DNA from: a virus
Direction: 5' to 3' (one strand)
Virus record (IMG/VR): IMGVR_UViG_3300045988_119152
Coordinates: 1 to 13,639 of that record
Length of the DNA: 13,639 bases
The position numbers and the translations under genes were made by a program. Shown piece after piece: positions 1-7,182 of this stretch (positions within the stretch are counted from its first letter, which is position 1; every line of letters starts with the position of its first letter). The notes beneath the pieces are model-generated. The model searched no databases. It saw only the letters and a list, made by a program, of their open reading frames with translations, and was not told the origin of the DNA.

Positions 1-81
1 CGGTAGATTAACACCGTGGGCGGACATTTGTCTTTCCCCCATGGACACTTCGGCGTCCTTGACTGGCGGACAAGTGTGTGC
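1..81. repeat. Left inverted terminal repeat (ITR), 81 bp perfect
   Basis: Positions 1-81 are the exact reverse complement of 13559-13639, compared base by base. Similarity then decays to about 16/23 matches for 82-104 versus 13558-13536. The repeat reaches the exact window edges, as expected for the ends of a linear protein-primed replicon. Confidence 0.95.
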
Positions 82-146
82 GCACGGTGAACAGTGGCGT
101 TATACAAAATTGTGATAATGGTTATACGAAAATATTATACCAAGGG

Positions 147-179
147 ATAAAGAAAGACTGCGGAAATGCTCCGCAGTCT
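147..179 (-). terminator. Rho-independent terminator closing the minus-strand gene array
   Basis: On the minus-strand RNA, just after the tailspike stop (TAA, 190-188), the sequence is AGACUGCGGA-GCAUU-UCCGCAGUCU. This gives a perfect 10-bp stem (155-164 / 170-179) and a 5-nt loop, followed by UUCUUUAU (154-147). Confidence 0.8.
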
Positions 180-187
180 ATTCTCTA

Positions 188-1993
188 TTAGTTGATCGTG
201 CTTAAATCTTTCCATGTGCCTGGATTTCCTGTTGCAATGCAAACCCAACCGACAGGACTACCACTTGCAGGACTGCTGTTATAAACAACTTCGCCCAAAG
301 TGTGATTTCCGTCCGTTGGAGCGGCGTTACCGGCTTCAAAGGCATACAAGGAAATGCCTTTGAGCAACGACATTTTAGACCTATCAATCACATTTGCCGC
401 AATCAGCACGTTACCCGAGATATTTCCCGCTCCGCTATAAATTAGTGCGCTATTGTATCTTACAGCGGTATTTCCAAAAACGCACAGACCTTTTATATAA
501 CCTAAATTCATAGCAATTTGTGCCGTTGCACCTTCGTTGTTATTCAGATAGCAATTTCTAACTGACAACCCCTCGGTATGTGCACTGTCGCTACCCTCGC
601 AATAAATACACTCGCCGTTCATCCACTCGAAATAACAGGTATCAACGTCAATGTTGTAGCGCACGTTATTCACTGGGTTGATTGTGATGCCCCTCTGGCC
701 CTCAAAGTTACATTTGACAAACTTTATGGCTGCGCCGCTGTACAGAATTACAACATTAGATGCCTGTTTGGTATTGTCCAGAGGCAAAGCGAAATCGCAA
801 GAATCAAACAGCCAACTATTAGCTTGTTCAAGCAGTCTGACATTGGAAGGACTTGCCGAATCATTTTGTCCGAACATGCAATTTCTGACTGTAAAAGTCC
901 ATGCGTGATCTGCAATGATAGAGCTTGTGAAACGTCTGAAAATAATATCAGACAATACCCATTTCTGTGCATATTTGAAATTCATGCACACACCCTCGGT
1001 GTTTACGTTAAAGAGTGTCAGGTTTCTGATATATGATTCTTGAGTTGTTGTAGTGTCCGGCATTACAAAATCGAACAGCGTGTTAGCTTCTGATCTAAGA
1101 ATAGTTGCGTAGATATTCTCACCGAACATTTGAAGTCTGCGCGCTTTAGTTGTATCTAAATGCAAACTCGCCGTGATTCTGTATTCGCCGTTCGGCACAT
1201 AGATAGGCGTTTTATTTGTCTGGAAATTTTCAATCGCCTCCTGAAATGCTGTTGTATCATCGTGCACAGCATCGCCAACGGCGCCGAAATCACGAACGTT
1301 AATTACATGAATAGTGCCGCTTCCAATTTTTGCTTCAAGCGCTGCATCTGCTTCCGCTCTGGCCTGTGCTTCTGCTGCATCTGCTTCCGCTCTGGCCTGT
1401 GCTTCTGCCACAATCTTTTCATCCAGCGTTTTGTCTGCGTTTTTACGGTTCGAGATCTCGTCCTGTAACTCAGCGGACAGCGTGTTTACTTCGTTCGTGA
1501 TCGTCTCGCTCAGCATAGCAAAGAGATCGTGCACGTTGGTTTTCTTGCAGTTGGAGCCTTCAACGTACTTGTCACCGGCGTTGATATTCGTCGTAATCAG
1601 CAGAAGATCATTTTCCAACCACACCCAGTCACCGGCCTTGTGGTCAACGCTGGCCGTGGTGCTGTGCTGCTCGTCATACGGAGTGATCGCAGATCTCACA
1701 CTGTCCCAGAGCGCGGAGAAGTTACCGATCTTCGTCCAGTATTCCGTGCGATCCAGAGACACACCAGCCGGAACAGGCTGCACACTCAAGTAAGCGTTGC
1801 CGCTGCTATCCAAAACAACGGTGTTCGTCTCATACTGGCTTGTGATATCCCATATAATAGGATTTGCGTACTTCACGGAATTGATCGCGACAAAGTTCGT
1901 AATCTCTGTCTCAAGCTCTTTCAGCACGTGAAGGATCCAGTCAAGGTTAAGTTCATGGAAATTCGCATAGGGGAAATTTTCAAACAGACCCAT
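188..1993 (-). CDS. Tailspike / receptor-binding appendage with right-handed beta-helix (pectate-lyase-like) domain, phi29 gp12 position
   Basis: 601-aa ORF. ATG at 1993 has GGAGG (2004-2000) 6 nt upstream; the stop is TAA. The N-terminus MGLFENFPYANFHELNLDWIL resembles an anchor motif I recall from Firmicutes phage tail-fibre proteins. An Ala/Glu coiled coil follows. VINVRDFGAVGDAVHDDTTAFQEAI is the typical opening of pectate_lyase_3-type beta-helix depolymerase domains, and Asn/Gly/Cys-rich beta-helix-like sequence follows it. It is the last gene of the structural module, as gp12 is in phi29. Confidence 0.8.
   Translation of the reverse strand: MGLFENFPYANFHELNLDWILHVLKELETEITNFVAINSVKYANPIIWDITSQYETNTVVLDSSGNAYLSVQPVPAGVSLDRTEYWTKIGNFSALWDSVRSAITPYDEQHSTTASVDHKAGDWVWLENDLLLITTNINAGDKYVEGSNCKKTNVHDLFAMLSETITNEVNTLSAELQDEISNRKNADKTLDEKIVAEAQARAEADAAEAQARAEADAALEAKIGSGTIHVINVRDFGAVGDAVHDDTTAFQEAIENFQTNKTPIYVPNGEYRITASLHLDTTKARRLQMFGENIYATILRSEANTLFDFVMPDTTTTQESYIRNLTLFNVNTEGVCMNFKYAQKWVLSDIIFRRFTSSIIADHAWTFTVRNCMFGQNDSASPSNVRLLEQANSWLFDSCDFALPLDNTKQASNVVILYSGAAIKFVKCNFEGQRGITINPVNNVRYNIDVDTCYFEWMNGECIYCEGSDSAHTEGLSVRNCYLNNNEGATAQIAMNLGYIKGLCVFGNTAVRYNSALIYSGAGNISGNVLIAANVIDRSKMSLLKGISLYAFEAGNAAPTDGNHTLGEVVYNSSPASGSPVGWVCIATGNPGTWKDLSTIN
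1341..1406. repeat. Perfect 33-bp x 2 tandem duplication inside the tailspike coiled coil
   Basis: gctgcatctgcttccgctctggcctgtgcttct occurs at 1341-1373 and again, identical, at 1374-1406. On the minus strand it encodes the in-frame duplicated 11-aa unit seen as AEAQARAEADAAEAQARAEADAA. Confidence 0.9.
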
Positions 1994-2004
1994 ATTAGAC
2001 CTCC

Positions 2005-2697
2005 TTAATAAATTTGCAAGCAGAAACGATTTTTGAAGCTGGTAATAATCACATCGATGATATTATACAGTGAAACTTCGCGTTCACTCTCAAGCATCTG
2101 CTGCGATGTTGTCACGCCGATATTACCATGGGCACGGCCAGACCTCACCAGATCGCGTTTTTCCGTTTCGCTGGTGGTGGTGTCAGCTGCCGTTTTCACC
2201 TTCACGTTTCCTTCCTCGTGCTGCTCTGTGTCGCTGCTGCCGGTCTGCGTGTCCGTGTCCTTCTCCGTTGGCGTGAAGTCCGTCTCGTTGTAAGCACTCA
2301 CAAACTTCTGCCCGGTTGCGCCTGCCGTGGTTGTTCCGCTTGTGTTGGTGCTGCCGGTGCTGTCCGTGGTGCTGCTGCCGGTGGTTTCAGCGTCCACGCT
2401 GCGCGCGCTGTTCTCGCCCTCCGTCCATTCCTCTGTCCGGTCATAGTTCTCAATAGGGTTATAGTCCAGCAGCGTGGTTTTATAAAGTCTCGTCCAGATG
2501 GGAAGCTCTTTATGGCTCCACCGGCCAATCATGGCCTGCATAAAAACCGCATCCGGATAGATAACTTCAAGTTCCGCCGTTTCTGCAAGCAGATTGTCTT
2601 TCACAAGATCCGCGTCCAGCCCATCCGGAAGAACCAGCTCACACAGAATACCGGGGTTAAACCTTGACAGACCCAGCAGGCTTAATGTTGCTGTCAT
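2005..2697 (-). CDS. Virion structural protein, probable lower collar (phi29 gp11 position), with Ser/Thr-rich central region
   Basis: 230-aa ORF. ATG at 2697 is preceded by GAAGGAGGTG with a 6-nt spacer; the stop TAA is at 2005-2007. It lies between the portal and the tailspike, as gp11 does in phi29. The function is assigned by synteny only. I did not recognise a diagnostic motif, apart from a conserved-looking LLDYNPIENYDR segment. Confidence 0.5.
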   Translation of the reverse strand: MTATLSLLGLSRFNPGILCELVLPDGLDADLVKDNLLAETAELEVIYPDAVFMQAMIGRWSHKELPIWTRLYKTTLLDYNPIENYDRTEEWTEGENSARSVDAETTGSSTTDSTGSTNTSGTTTAGATGQKFVSAYNETDFTPTEKDTDTQTGSSDTEQHEEGNVKVKTAADTTTSETEKRDLVRSGRAHGNIGVTTSQQMLESEREVSLYNIIDVIITSFKNRFCLQIY

Positions 2698-3595
2698 TGT
2701 TCACACCTCCTTCAAACGCATCCGGGAAACGCCAATCAACGGAGAGATCCAAGCCAAACATGTTGTTAGTGGCTTTGATGCTTTCTTTCAGTTCTTCCAG
2801 CCACATGGCACATTTGCTCTGTGTTTCAATGTTGTTAGCGTTGACTTCATCCGTCACGAGCCGCTCACGCTTGTCCGTGTTCGCGTTTGGAATGCCGATA
2901 TCCGTATCAAACATTGCTTCAATTTTCCGCATGTCGCTTAGAATGTCGGAGCTGATATAGACATTTTTCAAATTCTGCTCAAACGCTTCCCACGCCTTAC
3001 TGCCATCGTCCCGGTAAAGGCTCTTGTCAATCACGGCGCAAACTTCACCGCTGGCAATGCGATCATACAGCTTTTTGAATGTCTCCGCTGCCGTCTTGTT
3101 ACCAGCAGCGAACACATACGCAAGATGTGTGTTCAATAAGTTCATTCCGACAGATTCAGCACACAAGGCCAGCATATCAGCATAATAGCCGACGATATCC
3201 ATAAGGCCGCCATAGTCCGGCTGTAAGCGGATGATAGTGCACTGACTTCCGATGCGCGGTTGAAGATTTCCGCGCAGCAGGGGATTTGTGATAATTGCGT
3301 TGGTAGGCTGGTAGAAAACGTTGTAACCGGTCAGCGTGCAGCCTTGCGGAATAACGCCGAACTTCGATGTATTGACCACAGCGAGATAGCCCCAGCAGTA
3401 CAGCACATAAAGAAAATAATTCTTGCTCCAGTGCTCCGGCAATTTCCACTTGTACAGCGACATTGCTTTTTGCAGCAGGTAGCGCCGGAAATACTGAGAA
3501 AGTGCTGTGTTTCTGCAATGGACTGTGGACGGACTGACAGCAGCGTTAGCAGCGTTGATATAGTCATAGCAGGCCGGAATGCCGTTACCAATCAT
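2657..3595 (-). CDS. Portal / upper collar (head-tail connector) protein, phi29 gp10 family
   Basis: 312 aa (phi29 gp10 is about 309 aa). ATG at 3595 is preceded by GAAAGGAGA. The segment GIPNANTDKRERLVTDEVNANNIETQSKCAMWLEELKESIKATNNMFGLDLSVDWRF closely parallels the remembered phi29 gp10 segment [57 protein letters not shown]. N-terminal YFRRYLLQKAMSLYKWKLPE resembles gp10 YLNYLQSLAYQLFEWENLP. The 3' end overlaps the next gene by 41 nt. Confidence 0.85.
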   Translation of the reverse strand: MIGNGIPACYDYINAANAAVSPSTVHCRNTALSQYFRRYLLQKAMSLYKWKLPEHWSKNYFLYVLYCWGYLAVVNTSKFGVIPQGCTLTGYNVFYQPTNAIITNPLLRGNLQPRIGSQCTIIRLQPDYGGLMDIVGYYADMLALCAESVGMNLLNTHLAYVFAAGNKTAAETFKKLYDRIASGEVCAVIDKSLYRDDGSKAWEAFEQNLKNVYISSDILSDMRKIEAMFDTDIGIPNANTDKRERLVTDEVNANNIETQSKCAMWLEELKESIKATNNMFGLDLSVDWRFPDAFEGGVNNDSNIKPAGSVKV

Positions 3596-3599
3596 GCAA

Positions 3600-4136
3600 T
3601 CATCTCCTTTCTTTAAGTTTGAATAGCAGCCATATAGGGATTAGCTTCGCCGGTGGATGCCCGGCCAGATACTCATACCAGTATTCAGCTTGTCGGCTTC
3701 GCGCCGGTTGCGGCTTGACCGCTGGCCGCTCATAATTATAAAGGAATGCCTGCGCGAGATATGCAGGCGGCTTGTCAGACTGCGAGAACTCGCGGAACGT
3801 CATAGGGTACAGGCTCGTGCTGATCCATTGCAGATGGTTCTCAAGCTCGTATTGTATGCGCTCCATTTCTTTCTGGCCGTTGTCTTGCCATCCATCCCCG
3901 GCCCATTCTGAATAATGCGTGTACGGCGTCCACTGTACAAGACCATAGCCGCCAACGAACGGATCCAGATTTTCCCAGATTCCGGGATTAAGGGTGCTTT
4001 CCGTTTGCATGTTTCCGAACATGGCCGCGATAGCGTTCACCGTCCAGCCCTGAGCTGTGAAGAATGCATACATAATATCTGCATTGTTTTGCATTTCAGA
4101 TATGGACAGATATCTGTTTCCAGTGATCCATGGCAT
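3600..4136 (-). CDS. Phage tail lysozyme-fold peptidoglycan hydrolase (virion-associated lysin candidate)
   Basis: 178 aa. ATG at 4136 has GAGGT 9 nt upstream. NADIMYAFFTAQGWTVNAIAAMFGNMQTESTLNPGIWENLDPFVGGYGLVQWT matches the remembered signature of the phage tail lysozyme family (GNxxxES...NP...GyGLvQWT). It is embedded among tail and portal genes, which suggests a virion-associated enzyme. Confidence 0.75.
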   Translation of the reverse strand: MPWITGNRYLSISEMQNNADIMYAFFTAQGWTVNAIAAMFGNMQTESTLNPGIWENLDPFVGGYGLVQWTPYTHYSEWAGDGWQDNGQKEMERIQYELENHLQWISTSLYPMTFREFSQSDKPPAYLAQAFLYNYERPAVKPQPARSRQAEYWYEYLAGHPPAKLIPIWLLFKLKERR

Positions 4137-4147
4137 AGCAGCTTACC

Positions 4148-5554
4148 TCATTCATAGAAATAGCCGGATTCCAGATAGCTTTTAACCATTCGATTTTCTT
4201 CACTCGTTCCGGATAGTGCAAGATCCGGATCTGCAATCACCTGATATCCGGGCATGGTGGACAGCTTCACCTTTTTACAATAGGGTCTGCCGCGATCCTC
4301 GTTATCATCAGAGACCACCGGAAGAAACTTTGCGTAAAGCGTGGGCGCGCTGGTGAAGTTGGCAACTGTGCCATTGCTGCCGCTGGTGGCGAAATCCGGC
4401 ATGGACGCATTGACCATATCGCCTATCATGTTCGCGCCCGCCGTAATCGCTCCGACAGGATTGAACCAGTTTTTAGCAACGTTCGCCGCGCCATTCACGG
4501 CGGTTAGTGCCATATTCAAATAGTTCTGGCCGATCTGCGCGATCTGAACCGGCACGCCGTACTGACCGCGCCGGACGGCAATCGCATAGTCTTTCATTCC
4601 GGCTTTGAGATGCATGTCTGCAATGCCGGTGGTATAGTCCACCGTGTAAGACATGTTCAGCGCTTCTTCATTGATGATCGACGTGGTATCAATCGGAATA
4701 ACACCCCAAACGCGGCTGTCTAACGTGTACTGGGAGAATGGTGCAGCGTTTAGATATTTCCCTCGTGTAGCTGCTTGCGGATGTTTTGGGATTGTGATAA
4801 TGGCAGCGGAAGGCAGCACACCAGATGCTTTCAGCTTCGCGGCGCTCACCGGCACGTTCCACCAGCCGAACGGGATAGAAGTTACCTTTGTTCCAGACGG
4901 GGCATTGTCCGGATACCACATGACGCCTGTGACATATTGCATGGGATTGAACAGGACTTTAAGAAGATCCGCGGAGATCTCTGTAATTTCACCCGTCCAC
5001 GAAACATCACCCATCAGATAGGCCATAAATGCCCGGAACTGGACTTCACTGAAAACATAGTAAGCAACTGCGCCGATTGCATCAGCGCTGTTATTTACAA
5101 TGCCGACAACATAGGATCCGCCTGAGATCGCCGGTACCGTGGGCCATGTAGATGTAGATTCCGCGCTCAAAGTGGCATCGCCCTTAGCCGGGTACAGTCC
5201 GTCAATCACGCTTCCGTCAGAAGAAAAGGCGCTGCGTGTCACATACTGAAAACTTTCTCCGATGCTGTTCTTCCAGCTGGCCAGCACGTCCACTTCCATG
5301 TGCGCCGTCCATAGGTGGCCTTCCTTGACCGTCCAATCGGTGATAAAGTAGTATCGGCCGCCAAGATCCGAAATGTGCGCATAATTATAATAGGATGGAT
5401 TTCCTTTTAGTCCAAAGTCAAAAGTTAGCTCTGGCCTAATCAGGCTTGTAGGCATTTTCAAAATTGCAGTGTGCTGCTTCTGAGTAACGGCGGCGTCCGG
5501 ACGCTTCGTGCTGTTCTCGCGCTTCTTAAATTCATACAGCGTGACATTTAACAT
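4148..5554 (-). CDS. Tail knob / distal tail protein, phi29 gp9-like
   Basis: 468 aa. ATG at 5554 has a strong RBS, AAGGAGG, 4 nt upstream. NYAHISDLGGRYYFITDWTVKEGHLWTAHMEVDVLASWKNSI parallels the remembered phi29 gp9 segment [46 protein letters not shown]. It lies directly after the capsid gene, as gp9 does apart from the head fibre. Confidence 0.65.
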   Translation of the reverse strand: MLNVTLYEFKKRENSTKRPDAAVTQKQHTAILKMPTSLIRPELTFDFGLKGNPSYYNYAHISDLGGRYYFITDWTVKEGHLWTAHMEVDVLASWKNSIGESFQYVTRSAFSSDGSVIDGLYPAKGDATLSAESTSTWPTVPAISGGSYVVGIVNNSADAIGAVAYYVFSEVQFRAFMAYLMGDVSWTGEITEISADLLKVLFNPMQYVTGVMWYPDNAPSGTKVTSIPFGWWNVPVSAAKLKASGVLPSAAIITIPKHPQAATRGKYLNAAPFSQYTLDSRVWGVIPIDTTSIINEEALNMSYTVDYTTGIADMHLKAGMKDYAIAVRRGQYGVPVQIAQIGQNYLNMALTAVNGAANVAKNWFNPVGAITAGANMIGDMVNASMPDFATSGSNGTVANFTSAPTLYAKFLPVVSDDNEDRGRPYCKKVKLSTMPGYQVIADPDLALSGTSEENRMVKSYLESGYFYE

Positions 5555-5565
5555 ATAGCCTCCTT

Positions 5566-5596
5566 AAAATTGGGCGGACACAAGGAAGTGCCCGCC
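5566..5596 (-). terminator. Hairpin plus U-tract after the capsid gene (candidate partial terminator/attenuator)
   Basis: In the minus-strand RNA between the MCP stop (5605-5607) and the next RBS, the sequence is GGCGGGCAC-UUCCUU-GUGUCCGCC. This is a 9-bp stem with one G-U pair (5573-5581 / 5588-5596), followed by CAAUUUU (5572-5566) and then AAGGAGG. Confidence 0.5.
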
Positions 5597-5604
5597 TCCG
5601 CTTG

Positions 5605-6819
5605 TTAATCCAGCAACAGCAGCACGCCCTTTTCCGTCATATCCATGATCGCGCGGAAATTGACGTGATCGAACGTGTTCCAGTAACCACCCTTCGCGTT
5701 GAACGGGGTGACAGCTGCCCAGCTGTTTACCTGCGCGTAACCCAGCGCGTCCTCGTCAAAGATAACGCCGAAAATACCGGCATGTTCCACAGCTTCACCG
5801 GTCTTGATCGCGCCGGTGGTGTCGGTATAGATGGGTGTCACATTGATGCTGTCAGGCGTTTCGATGGACTGCCAGAAGTTCACGCCCTCGTAATCAGTAT
5901 ATTTCAGGTAGTTGTCATGGAAGCTATTAGTCTTGACCATTGCATCAAACTGATCCAAGACTTTTGCATAAAGGTAGACCTTCTGCCGGTTAGCAGGCGT
6001 GTGACGCAATACATGCTTCTCGCCGATGACCGTCTGAAACATTTCGGTTCGTTCAGTCATCAGTCTGGAAATTGTAGAGATTCGCGCATAAACCCACTGC
6101 ATGAAGCTAATATAGTTATCCGGCTGGTAAACGGTCTGCGCATTCAACTTCAATCCGGTTTCGGTATTATACTCGGACAGCAGGTGCACCACACGCGCGT
6201 TCTGATTCTCGCTCAGCAGAGCGCCGATATAGTTCGCCAGCTGGCCGCGCGCGATATTCTCGCGGTACTGTTCCAGCTTATCAGAGCGGTTGCCGGTGAT
6301 GAGAGAGTTGAACCGCATGAATTCTTCCGGGCTGGTGAAGGCCACATCATAGCTATCCTTATGAATAGTGTAACAATTCTCATAGACGCTCTGTCCGTAG
6401 AAGTTCACCTGCAAAATATCAGGCTTGTTCAACCCGTACATGTCCACGCTCTGACCCTCGCCCAGCGCATTGGGCGCTTTACTTACATCATAGCCAGCTG
6501 GCCATGTAAAGCGCGCATCGTCCTCGATGGGTTTATCAGCAATGGACAGCTTACGGACGGCGTTACCCCATCGCTCCATGGACATTTCAAGTCCACCGAA
6601 CTTCCGGGTATAGGGCCGGATGCTGAAAATTGTCTTTCCCCACATCTGGGATAGCGCGTTGATAATGGGATCATAGCCGGTTTTCAGCGCAGTCTGGGCC
6701 ACGCTCACGAATTCGCCGGGCGTTGTGGCCGTGATGACCGTCTGGCCGGTGGCCTGCTGCACGATGCTTTTCAGGATCGTTCCGGCCTGAAAAACCATCA
6801 TATCATTTACGTTTGCCAT
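5605..6819 (-). CDS. Major capsid protein (phi29 gp8-like, HK97-fold expected)
   Basis: 404 aa. ATG at 6819 follows AAAGGGGAAAAA. It lies directly downstream of the scaffold-like gene. C-terminal FGVIFDEDALGY and FNAKGGYWNTFDHVNF resemble the remembered phi29 gp8 segments AVLVDKDWFMVY and RNPRGLYWNYYYHVW. A hairpin attenuator follows the gene, which is typical for a highly expressed capsid gene. Confidence 0.8.
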   Translation of the reverse strand: MANVNDMMVFQAGTILKSIVQQATGQTVITATTPGEFVSVAQTALKTGYDPIINALSQMWGKTIFSIRPYTRKFGGLEMSMERWGNAVRKLSIADKPIEDDARFTWPAGYDVSKAPNALGEGQSVDMYGLNKPDILQVNFYGQSVYENCYTIHKDSYDVAFTSPEEFMRFNSLITGNRSDKLEQYRENIARGQLANYIGALLSENQNARVVHLLSEYNTETGLKLNAQTVYQPDNYISFMQWVYARISTISRLMTERTEMFQTVIGEKHVLRHTPANRQKVYLYAKVLDQFDAMVKTNSFHDNYLKYTDYEGVNFWQSIETPDSINVTPIYTDTTGAIKTGEAVEHAGIFGVIFDEDALGYAQVNSWAAVTPFNAKGGYWNTFDHVNFRAIMDMTEKGVLLLLD

Positions 6820-6822
6820 ATT

Positions 6823-7182
6823 TTATTTTTCCCCTTTCGGTGCCGGATTGATGATCTCGGCAAGAATTTCCTCGGCGGTTTGCACTTTGGGCTGATTCAC
6901 ATTCATGATGTTGCTGCCCTGCACAAGCCCGGTCAACTTTTGCAGCTCCGCAAGCACGGGATCAGCAGGCTGCGGAACAGGGGCAGGCTGCGGAACAGGG
7001 GCAGGCTGCGGAACAGGGGCAGGCTGCGGAACAGGGGCAGGCTGCGGAACAGGGGCAGGCTGCGGAACAGGGGCAGGCTGCGGAACAGGGGCATGCTGTC
7101 CGGCCAGCATGGAAAGACCCGCAATCTGCTGGGCGGTAAACCCTGCTTTTGCAAGGGTCAGGATTTCGTCAGGTTTAAACAT
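6823..7182 (-). CDS. Scaffolding protein candidate with (PAPVPQ)7 proline-rich repeat
   Basis: 119 aa. The ATG at 7182 directly abuts the upstream stop (TGAATG), with AAAGGAAG upstream. It lies immediately upstream of the capsid gene. The N-terminal motif ILTLAKAGFTAQQIAGL is helix-extension-helix-like, as in many phage scaffold proteins. The C-terminal tail (QTAEEILAEII) is helical and acidic. The function is assigned by position and composition. Confidence 0.55.
   Translation of the reverse strand: MFKPDEILTLAKAGFTAQQIAGLSMLAGQHAPVPQPAPVPQPAPVPQPAPVPQPAPVPQPAPVPQPAPVPQPADPVLAELQKLTGLVQGSNIMNVNQPKVQTAEEILAEIINPAPKGEK
6966..7091. repeat. Perfect tandem repeat, 18 bp x 7 (caggctgcggaacagggg)
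   Basis: I counted seven contiguous identical units: 6966-6983, 6984-7001, 7002-7019, 7020-7037, 7038-7055, 7056-7073 and 7074-7091. Partial similarity continues on both flanks. The repeat encodes PAPVPQ repeats in the minus-strand gene and is open in all six frames. Confidence 0.97.

Noticed and set aside
82-187. A phi29-style pRNA gene at a genome end
   Set aside because: The left subterminal gap is only about 105 bp and is mostly occupied by the terminator. The right one (13399-13558) is very AT-rich, and I could find no convincing helices by eye. Neither supports a structured RNA of 120-170 nt. The idea is retained only for the 8042-8160 gap.
578-2008. Plus-strand ORFs (152, 76, 102, 159, 159 aa) opposite the tailspike gene
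   Set aside because: They are antisense to a 601-aa gene with clear domain signatures. They have no RBS motifs, and their Cys/Phe/Leu-rich sequences look non-protein-like.
2033-2941. Several plus- and minus-strand ORFs (86, 68, 179, 76, 115 aa) across the collar gene
   Set aside because: They are shadow ORFs generated by the locally GC-rich Ser/Thr-coding region. They are Arg/Ala/Cys-rich, lack an RBS and are fully nested in a gene that has a strong RBS and correct synteny.
3177-3591. Nested minus-strand ORFs in alternative frames (113 and 86 aa in the portal gene; similarly 112 aa at 8223-8561, 77 aa at 7209-7442 and 64 aa at 11598-11792)
   Set aside because: They are fully embedded in stronger genes, lack an RBS and are Arg/Ser/Cys-rich. 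They are out-of-frame translation artefacts.
5602-6654. 350-aa plus-strand ORF, the longest plus-strand ORF in the window
   Set aside because: It is entirely antisense to the well-supported capsid gene. It has no RBS, and its composition is Arg/Leu/Val-rich shadow-frame type. It is a mirror-frame artefact.
6966-7091. Possible CRISPR array
   Set aside because: The units are directly contiguous with no spacers, are only 18 bp long and lie inside a coding frame. This is a coding tandem repeat, not a CRISPR array.
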